Positions 1 to 11,200 of a stretch of DNA of 64,000 nt are shown here, piece by piece. Location of the stretch: the NCBI RefSeq assembly GCF_009914755.1, contig NC_060935.1, one strand, 5' to 3'. Every line of letters starts with the position of its first letter. The stretch's first letter is position 1. This DNA comes from the human T2T-CHM13v2.0 reference genome, Homo sapiens. The notes below the pieces were generated by a model. The model did not search any database and was not told where the DNA came from. It saw only the letters and a list, made by a program, of their open reading frames with translations. The position numbers and the translations under genes are program-made.

Positions 1-141
1 AAACCTAGACAGAAGCCTTCTCAGAATGTTTCCTGTGATGACTGCATTCAACTCACAGAGGTGAACAATCCTGTTGATGGAGCAGTTTTGAAACTCTCTT
101 TCTTTGGATTCTGCAAGTTGATATGTGGACCTCTGTGAAGA

Positions 142-158
142 TTTCGTTGGAAACGGGT
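142..158 (+). promoter_or_regulatory. Intact CENP-B box (W3-type monomer), repeated every HOR
   Basis: TTTCGTTGGAAACGGGT matches the nTTCGnnnnAnnCGGGn core. Confidence 0.95.
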
Positions 159-273
159 TCATCTTCACAGAAAAACTAAACAGAAGCATTCTCAGAAACT
201 GCTTTGTGATGTTTGTGTTCCACTTCAAGAATTGAACTTTCCTCTTGACGGAGCAGCTCTGAAACCCTCTTTT

Positions 274-279
274 TCTAGA
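274..279. other. XbaI site (TCTAGA) defining the 850 bp period
   Basis: Present at this phase in nearly all HORs; lost near 4520, 21516, 45305; extra sites at 11660, 29671, 33918. Confidence 0.9.
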
Positions 280-312
280 ATCTGCAAGTGGACATTTGGA
301 GGGCTTTGAGGT

Positions 313-329
313 CTGTGGTGGAAAAGGAA
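313..329 (+). promoter_or_regulatory. A-box (pJ-alpha-like) site of the W4-type monomer
   Basis: CTGTGGTGGAAAAGGAA at the position homologous to the CENP-B box; one mismatch to CTAYGGTGRAAAAGGAA. The next (W5-type) monomer has a more diverged A-box. Confidence 0.75.
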
Positions 330-652
330 AATCTTCACATAAAAACTAGATGGAAGCATTCTCAGAAACTACTTTGTGATGATTGCATTCGACCCACAGA
401 GTTGAACATTCCTATAGATAGAGCAGGTTGTAAACAATCTTTTGTAGAATCTGCGATTGGAGATTTGGACTGCTTTGAGGCCTACTATAGTAAAGGAAAT
501 AACTTCATCTAAAAACCAAACGGAAGCATTCACAGACAATACTTAGTGATCATTGGATTGAACTAACAGAGCTGAACATTCCCTTAGATGGCACAGTTTC
601 CAAACCCACTTTCTGTAGAATCTGCAAGTGGATATTTGGACCTCTCTGAGGA

Positions 653-669
653 TTTCGTTGGAAACGGGA
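653..669 (+). promoter_or_regulatory. Intact CENP-B box (short W1-type monomer), repeated every HOR
   Basis: TTTCGTTGGAAACGGGA, canonical 17-mer. Confidence 0.95.
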
Positions 670-819
670 TAAACTTCCCAGAACTACACGGAAGCATTCT
701 GAGAAACTTCTTTGTGATGTTTGCATTCAACTCACAGAGTTGAACCTTGCTTTCATAGTTCAGCTTTCAAACACTCTTTTTGTAGAATCTGCAAGTGGAT
801 ATTTGGACCACTTTGTGGC

Positions 820-836
820 CTTCCTTCGAAACGGGT
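820..836 (+). promoter_or_regulatory. Degenerate CENP-B box (W2-type monomer), fixed in all HORs
   Basis: CTTCCTTCGAAACGGGT: TTCC replaces the essential TTCG. Confidence 0.85.
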
Positions 837-3800
837 ATATCTTCACATCAAACCTAGACAGAAGCATTCTCAGAATGTTTCCTGTGATGACTGCATTCAA
901 CTCACAGAGATGAACAATCCTGCTGATGGAGCAGTTTTGAAACTCTCTTTCTTTGGATTCTGCAAGTGGATATGTGGACCTCTGTGAAGATTTCGTTGGA
1001 AACGGGTTCATCTTCACAGAAAAACTAAACAGAAGCATTCTCAGAAACTGCTTTGTGATGTTTGTGTTCCACTTGAGGAATTGAACTTTCCTCTTGACAG
1101 AGCAGCTCTGAAACCCTCTTATTCTAGAATCTGCAAGTGGACATTTGGAGGGCTTTGAGGTCTGTGGTGGAAAAGGAAAATCTTCACATAAAAACTAGAT
1201 GGAAGCATTCTCAGAAACTACTTTGTGATGATTGCATTCGACCCACAGAGTTGAACATTCCTATAGATAGAGCAGGTTGTAAACAATCTTTTGTAGAATC
1301 TGCGATTGGAGATTTGGACTGCTTTGAGGCCTACTATAGTAAAGGAAATAACTTCATCTAAAAACCAAACGGAAGCATTCACAGACAATACTTAGTGATC
1401 ATTGGATTGAACTAACAGAGCTGAACATTCCCTTAGATGTCGCAGTTTCCAAACACACTTTCTGTAGAATCTGCAAGTGGATATTTGGACCTCTCTGAGG
1501 ATTTCGTTGGAAACGGGATAAACTTCCCAGAACTACACGGAAGAATTCTGAGAAACTTCTTTGTGATGTTTGCATTCAACTCACAGAGTTGAACCTTGCT
1601 TTCATAGTTCAGCTTTCAAACACTCTTTTTGTAGAATCTGCATGTTGATATTTGGACCACTTTGTGGCCTTCCTTCGAAACGGGTATATCTTCACATCAA
1701 ACCTAGACAGAAGCATTCTCAGAATGTTTCCTGTGATGACTGCATTCAACTCACAGAGGTGAACAATCCTGCTGATGGAGCAGTTTTGAAATTCTCTTTC
1801 TTTGGATTCTGCAAGTGGATATGTGGACCTCTATGAAGATTTCGTTGGAAACGGGTTCATCTTCACAGAAAAACTAAACAGAAGCATTCTCAGAAACTGC
1901 TTTGTGATGTTTGTGTTCCACTTCAGGAATTGAACTTTCCTCTTGACAGAGCAGCTCTGAAACCCTCTTATTCTAGAATCTGCAAGTGGACATTTGAAGG
2001 GCTTTGAGGCCTGTGGTGGAAAAGGAAAATCTTCACATAAAAACTAGATGGAAGCATTCTCATAAACTACTTTGTGATGATTGCATTCGACTCACAGAGT
2101 TGAATATTCCTATAGATAGAGCAGGTTGTAAACAATCTTTTTGTAGAATCTGCGATTGGAGATTTGGACTGCTTTGAGGCCTACTGTAGTAAAGGAAATA
2201 ACTTCATCTAAAAACCAAACGGAAGCATTCACAGACAATTCTTAGTGATCATTGCATTGAACTAACAGAGCTGAACATTCCTTTAGATGGAGCAGTTTCC
2301 AAACACACTTTCTGTAGAATCTGCAAGTGGATATTTGGACCTCTCTGAGGATTTCGATGGAAACGGGATAAACTTCCCAGAACTACACGGAAGCATTCTC
2401 AGAAACTTCTTTGTGATGTTTGCATTCAACTCACAGAGTTGAACCTTGCTTTCATAGTTCAGCTTTCAAACACTCTTTTTGTAGAATGTGCAAGTGGATA
2501 TTTGGACCACTTTGTGGCCTTCCTTCGAAACGGGTATATCTTCACATCAAACCTAGACAGAAGGATTCTCAGAATGTTTCCTGTGACGACTGCATTCAAC
2601 TCACAGAGGTGAACAATCCTGCTGATGGAGCAGTTTTGAAACTCTCTTTCTTTGGATTCTGCAAGTGGATATGTGGACCTCTGTGAAGATTTCGTTGGAA
2701 ACGGGTTCATCTTCACAGAAAAACTAAACAGAAGCATTCTCAGAAACTGCTTTGTGATGTTTGTGTTCCACTTCAGGAATTGAACTTTCCTCTTGACAGA
2801 GCAGCTCTGAAACCCTCTTATTCTAGAATCTGCAAGTGGACATTTGGAGGGCTTTGAGGCCTGTGGTGGAAAAGGAAAATCTTCACATTAAAACTAGATG
2901 GAAGCATTCTCAGAAACTACTTTGTGATGATTGCATTCGACTCACAGAGTTGAACATTCCTATAGATAGAGCAGGTTGTAAACAATCTTTTTGTAGAATC
3001 TGCGATTGGAGATTTGGACTGCTTTGAGGCCTACTGTAGTAAAAGAAATAACTTCATCTAAAAACCAAACAGAAGCATTCACAGACAATTCTTAGTGATC
3101 ATTGGATTGAACTAACAGAGCTGAACATTCCTTTAGATGGAGCAGTTTCCAAACCCACTTTCTGTAGAATCTGCAAGTGGATATTTGGACTTCTGTGAGG
3201 ATTTCGTTGGAAACGGGATAAACTTCCCAGAACTACACGAAAGCATTGTGAGAAACTTCTTTGTGATGTTTGCATTCAACTCACAGAGTTGAACCTTGCT
3301 TTCATAGTTCAGCTTTCAAACACTCTTTTTTAGAATCTGCAAGTGGATATTTGGACCACTTTGTGGCCTTCCTTCGAAACGGGTATATCTTCACATCAAA
3401 CTTAGACAGAAGCATTCTCAGAATGTTTCCTGTGATGACTGCATTCAACTCACAGAGGTGAACAATCCTGTTGATGGAGCAGTTTTGAAACTCTGTTTCT
3501 TTGGATTCTGCAAGTTGATATGTGGAACTCTGTGAAGATTTCGTTGGAAACGGGTTCATCTTCACAGAAAAACTAAACAGAAGCATTCTCAGAAACTGCT
3601 TTGCGATGTTTGTGTTCCACTTCAAGAATTGAACTTTCCTCTTGACAGAGCAGCTCTGAAACCCTCTTTTTCTAGAATCTGCAAGTGGACATTTGGAGGT
3701 CTTTGAGGCCTGTGGTGGAAAAGGAAAATCTTCACATAAAAACTAGATGGAAGCATTCTCAGAAACTACTTTGTGATGATTGCATTCGACTCACAGAGTT

Positions 3801-6699
3801 GAACATTCCTATAGATAGAGCAGGTTGTAAACAATCTTTTTGTAGAATCTGCGAGTGGAGATTTGGACTGCTTTGTGGCCTACTGTAGTAGAGGAAAGAA
3901 CTTCATCTAAAAACCAAACGGAAGTATTCACAGACAATTCTTAGTGATCATTGCATTGAACTAACAGAGCTGAACATTCCTTTAGATGGCGCAGTTTCCA
4001 AACACACTTTCTGTAGAATCTGCAAGTAGATATTTGGACCTCTCTGAGGATTTCGTTGGAAACGGGATAAAATTCCCAGAACTACACGGAAGCATTCTGA
4101 GAAACTTCTTTGTGATGTTTGCATTCTACTCAGAGAGTTGAACCTTGCTTTCATAGTTCAGCTTTCAAACACTCTTTTTGTAGAATCTGCAAGTGGATAT
4201 TTGGACCACTTTGTGGCCTTCCTTCGAAACGGGTATATCTTCACATCAAACCTAGACAGAAGCATTCTCAGAATGTTTCCTGTGATGACTGCATTCAACT
4301 CACAGAGGTGAACAATCCTGCTGATGGAGCAGTTTTGAAACTCTCTTCCTTTGGATTCTGCAAGTGGGTATGTGGACCTCTGTGAAGATTTCGTTGGAAA
4401 CGGGTTCATCTTCACAGAAAAACTAAACAGAAACATTCTCAGAAACTGCTTTCTGATGTTTGTGTTCCACTTCAGGAATTGAACTTTCCTCTTGACAGAG
4501 CAGCTCTGAAATCCTCTTATTCAAGAATCTGCAAGTGGACATTTGGAGGGCTTTGAGGCCTGTGGTGGAAAAGGAAAATCTTCACATAAAAACTAGATGG
4601 AAGCATTCTCAGAAACCACTTTGTGATGATTGCATTCGACTCACAGAGTTGAACATTCCTATAGATAGAGCAGGTTGTAAACAATCTTTTTGTAGAATCT
4701 GCGATTGGAGATTTGGACTGCTTTGAGGCCTACTGTAGTAAAGGAAATAACTTCATCTAAAAACCAAACGGAAGCATTCACAGATAATTCTTAGTGATAT
4801 TGGATTGAACTAACAGACCTGAACATTCCTTTAGATGGAGCAGTTTCCAAACACCCTTTCTGTAGAATCTGCAAGTGGATATTTGGACTTCTCTGAGGAT
4901 TTCGTTGGAAACGGGATAAACTTCCCAGAACTACACGGAAGCATTCTGAGAAACTTCTTTGTGATGTTTGCATTCAACTCACAGAGTTGAACCTTGCTTT
5001 CATAGTTCAGCTTTCAAACACTCTTTTTGTAGAATCTGCAAGTGGATATTTGGACCACTTTGTGGCCTTCCTTCGAAACGGGTATATCCTCACATCAAAC
5101 CTAGACAGAAGCATTCTCAGAATGTTTCCTGTGATGACTGCATTCAACTCACAGAGGTGAACAATCCTGCTGATGGAGCAGTTTTGAAACTCTCTTTCTT
5201 TGGATTCTGCAAGTGGATATGTGGACCTCTGTGAAGATTTCGTTGGAAACGGGTTCATCTTCACAGAAAAACTAAACAGAAGCATTCTCAGAAACTGCTT
5301 TGTGATGTTTGTGTTCCACTTCAGGAATTGAACTTTCCTCTTGACAGAGCAGCTCTGAAACCCTCTTATTCTAGAATCTGCAAGTGGACATTTGGAGGGC
5401 TTTGAGGCCTGTGGTGGAAAAGGAAAATCTTCACATAAAAACTAGATGGAAGCATTCTCAGAAAGTACTTTGTGATGATTGCATTCGACTCACAGAGTTG
5501 AACATTCCTATAGATAGAGCAGGTTGTAAACAATCTTTTTGTAGAATCTGCGATTGAAGATTTGGACTGCTTTGAGGCCTACTGTAGTAAAGGAAATAAC
5601 TTCATCTAAAAACCAAACGGAAGCATTCACAGACAATTCTTAGTAATCATTGGATTGAACTAACAGAGCTGAACATTCCTTTAGATGGAGCAGTTTCCAA
5701 ACACACTTTCTGTAGAATCTGCAAGTGGATATTTGGACTTCTCTGAGGATTTCGTTGGAAAAGGGATAAACTTCCCAGAACTACACGGAAGCATTCTGAG
5801 AAACTTCTTTGTGATGTTTGCATTCAACTCACAGAGTTGAACCTTGCTTTCATAGTTCAGCTTTCAAACACTCTTTTTGTAGAATCTGCAAGTGGATATT
5901 TGGACCACTTTGTGGCCTTCCTTCGAAACGGGTATATCTTCACATCAAACCTAGACAGAAGCATTCTCAGAATGTTTCCTGTGATGACTGCATTCAACTC
6001 ACAGAGGTGAACAATCCTGCTGATGGAGCAGTTTTGAAACCCTCTTTCTTTGGATTCTGCAAGTTGATATGTGGACCTCTGTGAAGATTTCGTTGGAAAC
6101 GGGTTCATCTTCACAGAAAAACTAAACAGAAGCATTCTCAGAAACTGCTTTGTGATGTTTGTGTTCCACTTCAGGAATTGAACTTTCCTCTTGACAGAGC
6201 AGCTCTGAAACCCTCTTATTCTAGAATCTGCAAGTGGACATTTGGAGGGCTTTGAGGCCTGTGGTGGAAAAGGAAAATCTTCACATAAAAACTAGATGGA
6301 AGCATTCTCAGAAACTACTTTGTGATGATTGCATTCGACTCACAGAGTTGAACATTCCTATAGATAGAGCAGGTTGTAAACAATCTTTTTGTAGAATCTG
6401 CGATTGGAGATTTGGACTGCTTTGAGGCCTACTGTAGTAAAGGAAATAACTTCATCTAAAAACCAAACGGAAGCATTCACAGACAATTCTTAGTGATCAT
6501 TGGATTGAACTAACAGAGCTGAACATTCCTTTAGATGGAGCAGTTTCCAAACACACTTTCTGTAGAATCTGCAAGTGGATATTTGGACTTCTCTGAGGAT
6601 TTCGTTGGAAACGGGATAAACTTCCCAGAACTACACGGAAGCATTCTGAGAAACTTCTTTGTGATGTTTGCATTCAACTCACAGAGTTGAACCTTGCTT

Positions 6700-8200
6700 T
6701 CATAGTTCAGCTTTCAAACACTCTTTTTGTAGAATCTGCAAGTGGATATTTGGACCACTTTGTGGCCTTCCTTCGAAACGGGTATATCTTCACATCAAAC
6801 CTAGACAGAAGCATTCTCAGAATGTTTCCTGTGATGACTGCATTCAACTCACAGAGGTGAAAAATCCTGCTGATGGAGCAGTTTTGAAACTCTCTTTCTT
6901 TGGATTCTGCAAGTGGATATGTGGACCTCTGTGAAGATTTCGTTGGAAACGGGTTCATCTTCACAGAAAAACTAAACAGAAGCATTCTCAGAAACTGCTT
7001 TGTGATGTTTGCGTTTCACTTCAGGAAATGAACTTTCCTCTTGACAGAGCAGCTCTGAAACCCTCTTATTCTAGAATCTGCAAGTGGACATTTGGAGGGC
7101 TTTGAGGCCTGTGGTGGAAAAGGAAAATCTTCACATAAAACCTAGATGGAAGCATTCTCAGAAACTACTTTGTGATGATTGCATTCGACTCACAGAGTTG
7201 AACATTCCTATAGATAGAGCAGGTTGTAAACAATCTTTTTGTAGAATCTGCGATTGGAGATTTGGAGTGCTTTGAGGCCTACTGTAGTAAAGGAAATAAC
7301 TTCATCTAAAAACCAAACGGAATCATTCACAGACAATTCTTAGTGATCATTGGATTGAACTAACAGAGCTGAACATTCCTTCAGATGGAGCAGTTTCCAA
7401 ACACACTTTCTGTAGAATCTGCAAGTGGATATTTGGACTTCTCTGAGGATTTCGTTGGAAACGGGATAAACTTCCCAGAACTACACGGAAGCATTGTGAG
7501 AAACTTCTTTGTGATGTTTGCATTCAACTCACAGAGTTGAACCTTGCTTTCATAGTTCAGCTTTCAAACACTCTTTTTGTAGAATCTGCAAGTGGATATT
7601 TGGACCACTTTGTGGCCTTCCTTCGAAACGGGTATATCTTCACATCAAACCTAGACAGAAGCATTCTCAGAATGTTTCCTGTGATGACTGCATTCAACTC
7701 ACAGAGGTGAAAAATCCTGCTGATGGAGCAGTTTTGAAACTCTCTTTCTTTGGATTCTGCAAGTGGATATGTGGACCTCTGTGAAGATTTCGTTGGAAAT
7801 GGGTTCATCTTCACAGAAAAACTAAACAGAAGCATTCTCAGAAACTGCTTTGTGATGTTTGCGTTTCACTTCAGGAAATGAACTTTCCTCTTGACAGAGC
7901 AGCTCTGAAACCCTCTTATTCTAGAATCTGCAAGTGGACATTTGGAGGGCTTTGAGGCCTGTGGTGGAAAAGGAAAATCTTCACATAAAAACTAGATGGA
8001 AGCATTCTCAGAAACTACTTTGTGATGATTGCATTCGACTCACAGAGTTGAACATTCCTATAGATAGAGCAGGTTGTAAACAATCTTTTTGTAGAATCTG
8101 CGATTGGAGATTTGGACTGCTTTGAGGCCTACTGTAGTAAAGGAAATAACTTCATCTAAAAACCAAACGGAATCATTAACAGACAATTCTTAGTGATCAT
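6700..8200 (+). repeat. Tandem duplication of a single variant HOR
   Basis: Private variants GTGAAAAATC, GCGTTTCACT, GGAAATG, GGAATCATT at ~6860-7325 and again 850 bp later. Confidence 0.8.
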
Positions 8201-11200
8201 TGGATTGAACTAACAGAGCTGAACATTCCTTTAGATGGAGCAGTTTCCAAACCCACTTTCTGTAGAATCTGCAAGTGGATATTTGGACTTCTCTGAGGAT
8301 TTCGTTGGAAAAGGGATAAACTTCCCAGAACTACACGGAAGCATTGTGAGAAAATTCTTTGTGATGTTTGCATTCAACTCACAGAGTTGAACCTTGCTTT
8401 CATAGTTCAGCTTTCAAACACTCTTTTTGTAGAATCTGCAAGTGGATATTTGGACCACTTTGTGGCCTTCCTTCGAAACGGGTATATCTTCACATCAAAC
8501 CTAGACAGAAGCATTCTCAGAATGTTTCCTGTGATGACTGCATTCAACTCACAGAGGTGAACAATCCTGCTGATGGAGCAGTTTTGAAACTCTCTTTCTT
8601 TGGATTCTGCAAGTGGATATGTGGACCTCTGTGAAGATTTCTTTGGAAACGGGTTCATCTTCACAGAAAAACTAAACAGAAGCATTCTCAGAAACTGCTT
8701 TGTGATGTTTGTGTTCCACTTCAGGAATTGAACTTTCCTCTTGACAGAGCAGCTCTGAAACCCTCTTTTTCTAGAATCTGCAAGTGGACATTTGGAGGGC
8801 TTTGAGGCCTGTGGTGGAAAAGGAAAATCTTCACATAAAAACTAGATGGAAGCATTCTCAGAAACTACTTTGTGATGATTGCATTCGACTCACAGAGTTG
8901 AACATTCCTATAGATAGAGCAGGTTGTAAACAATGTTTTTGTAGAATCTGTGATTGGAGATTTGGACTGCTTTGAGGCCTACTGTAGTAAAGGAAATAAC
9001 TTCATCTAAAAACCAAACGGAAGCATTCACAGACAATTCTTAGTGATCATTGCATTGAACTAACAGTGCTGAACATTCCTTTAGATGGTGCAGTTTCCAA
9101 ACCCACTTTCTGTAGAATCTGCAAGTGGATATTTGGACCTCTCTGAGGATTTCGTTGGAAATGGGATAAACTTCCCAGAACTACACGGAAGCATTGTGAG
9201 AAACTTCTTTGTGATGTTTGCATTCAACTCACAGAGTTGAACCTTGCTTTCATAGTTCAGCTTTCAAACACTCTTTTTGTAGAATCTGCAAGTGGATATT
9301 TGGACCACTTTGTGGCCTTCCTTCGAAACGGTTATATCTTCACATCAAACCTAGACAGAAGCATTCTCAGAATGTTTCCTGTGATGACTGCATTCAACTC
9401 ACAGAGGTGAACAATCCTGCTGATGGAGCAGTTTTGAAACTCTCTTTCTTTGGATTCTGCAAGTGGATATGTGGACCTCTGTGAAGATTTCGTTGGAAAC
9501 GGGTTCATCTTCACAGAAAACTAAACAGAAGAATTCTCAGAAACTGCTTTGTGATGTTTGTGTTCCACTTCAGGAATTGAACTTTCCTCTTGACAGAGCA
9601 GCTCTGAAATCCTCTTTTTCTAGAATCTGCAAGTGGACATTTGGAGGGCTTTGAGGCCTGTGGTGGAAAAGGAAAATCTTCACATAAAAACTAGATGGAA
9701 GCATTCTCAGAAACTCCTTTGTGATGATTGCATTCGACTCACAGAGTTGAACATTCCTATAGATAGAGTAGGTTGTAAACAATCTTTTTGTAGAATCTGC
9801 GATTGGAGATTTGGACTGCTTTGAGGCCTACTGTAGTAAAGGAAATAACTTCATCTAAAAACCAAACGGAAGCATTCACAGACAATTCTTAGTGATCATT
9901 GGATTGAACTAACAGAGCTGAACATTCCTTTAGATGGAGCAGTTTCCAAACACACTTTCTGTAGAATCTGCAAGTGGATATTTGGACTTCTCTGAGGATT
10001 TCGTTGGAAACGGGATAAACTTCCCAGAACTACACGGAAGCATTCTGAGAAACTTCTTTGTGATGTTTGCATTCAACTCACAGAATTGAACCTTGCTTTC
10101 ATAGTTCAGCTTTCAAACACTCTTTTTGTAGAATCTGCAAGTGGATATTTGGACCACTTTGTGGCCTTCCTTCGAAACGGGTATATCTTCCCATCAAACC
10201 TAGACAGAAGCATTCTCAGAATGTTTCCTGTGATGACTGCATTCAACTCACAGAGGTGAACAATCCTGTTGATGGAGCACTTTTGAAACTCTCTTTCTTT
10301 GGATTCTGCAAGTTGATATGTGGACCTCTGTGAAGATTTCGTTGGAAACGGGTTCATCTTCACAGAAAAACTAAACAGAAGCATTCTCAGAAACTACTTT
10401 GTGATGTTTGTGTTCCACTTCAAGAATTGAACTTTCCTCTTGACAGAGCAGCTCTGAAACCCTCTTTTTCTAGAATCTGCAAGTGGACATTTGGAGGGAT
10501 TTGAGGCCTGTGGTGGAAAAGGAAAATCTTCACATAAAAACTAGATGGAAGCATTCTCAGAAAGTACTTTGTGATGATTGCATTCGACTCACAGAGTTGA
10601 ACATTCCTATAGATAGAGCAGGTTGTAAAAAATCTTTTTGTAGAATCTGCGATTGGAGATTTGGACTGCTTTGAGGCCTACTGTAGTAAAGGAAATAACT
10701 TCATCTAAAAACCAAACGGAAGCATTCACAGACAATTCTTAGTGATCATTGCATTGAACTAACAGAGCTGAACATTCCTTTACATGGCGCAGTTTCCAAA
10801 CACACTTTCTGTAGAATCTGCAAGTGGATATTTGGACCTCTCTGAGGATTTCGTTGGAAACGGGATAAACTTCCCAGAACTACACGGAAGCATTGTGAGA
10901 AACTTCTTTGTGATGTTTGCATTCAACTCACAGAGTTGAACCTTGCTTTCATAGTTCAGCTTTCAAACACTCTTTTTGTAGAATCTGCAAGTGGATATTT
11001 GGACCACTTTGTGGCCTTCCTTCGAAACGCGTATATCTTCACATCAAACCTAGACAGAAGCATTCTCAGAATGTTTCCTGTGATGACTGCATTCAACCCA
11101 CAGAGGTGAACAATCCTGCTGATGGAGCAGTTTTGAAACTCTCTTTCTTTGGATTCTGCAAGTGGATATGTGGACCTCTGTGAAGATTTCGTTGGAAACG

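Larger units (their letters stand above)
16..864 (+). repeat. First complete HOR unit (monomer starts 16, 187, 357, 527, 695; lengths 171, 170, 170 [171 in consensus], 168, 170)
   Basis: Phase set at CATTC(T/A)(C/G)AGA (CCTTC in the first monomer); next unit starts at 865. This copy carries a 1-bp T deletion, hence 849 bp. Confidence 0.92.

Noticed and set aside
2352-2368. Apparent CENP-B box mutations at ~2357, 34656, 39243 and 49439
   Set aside because: They fall on non-essential positions of the 17-mer, so they were not counted as losses.
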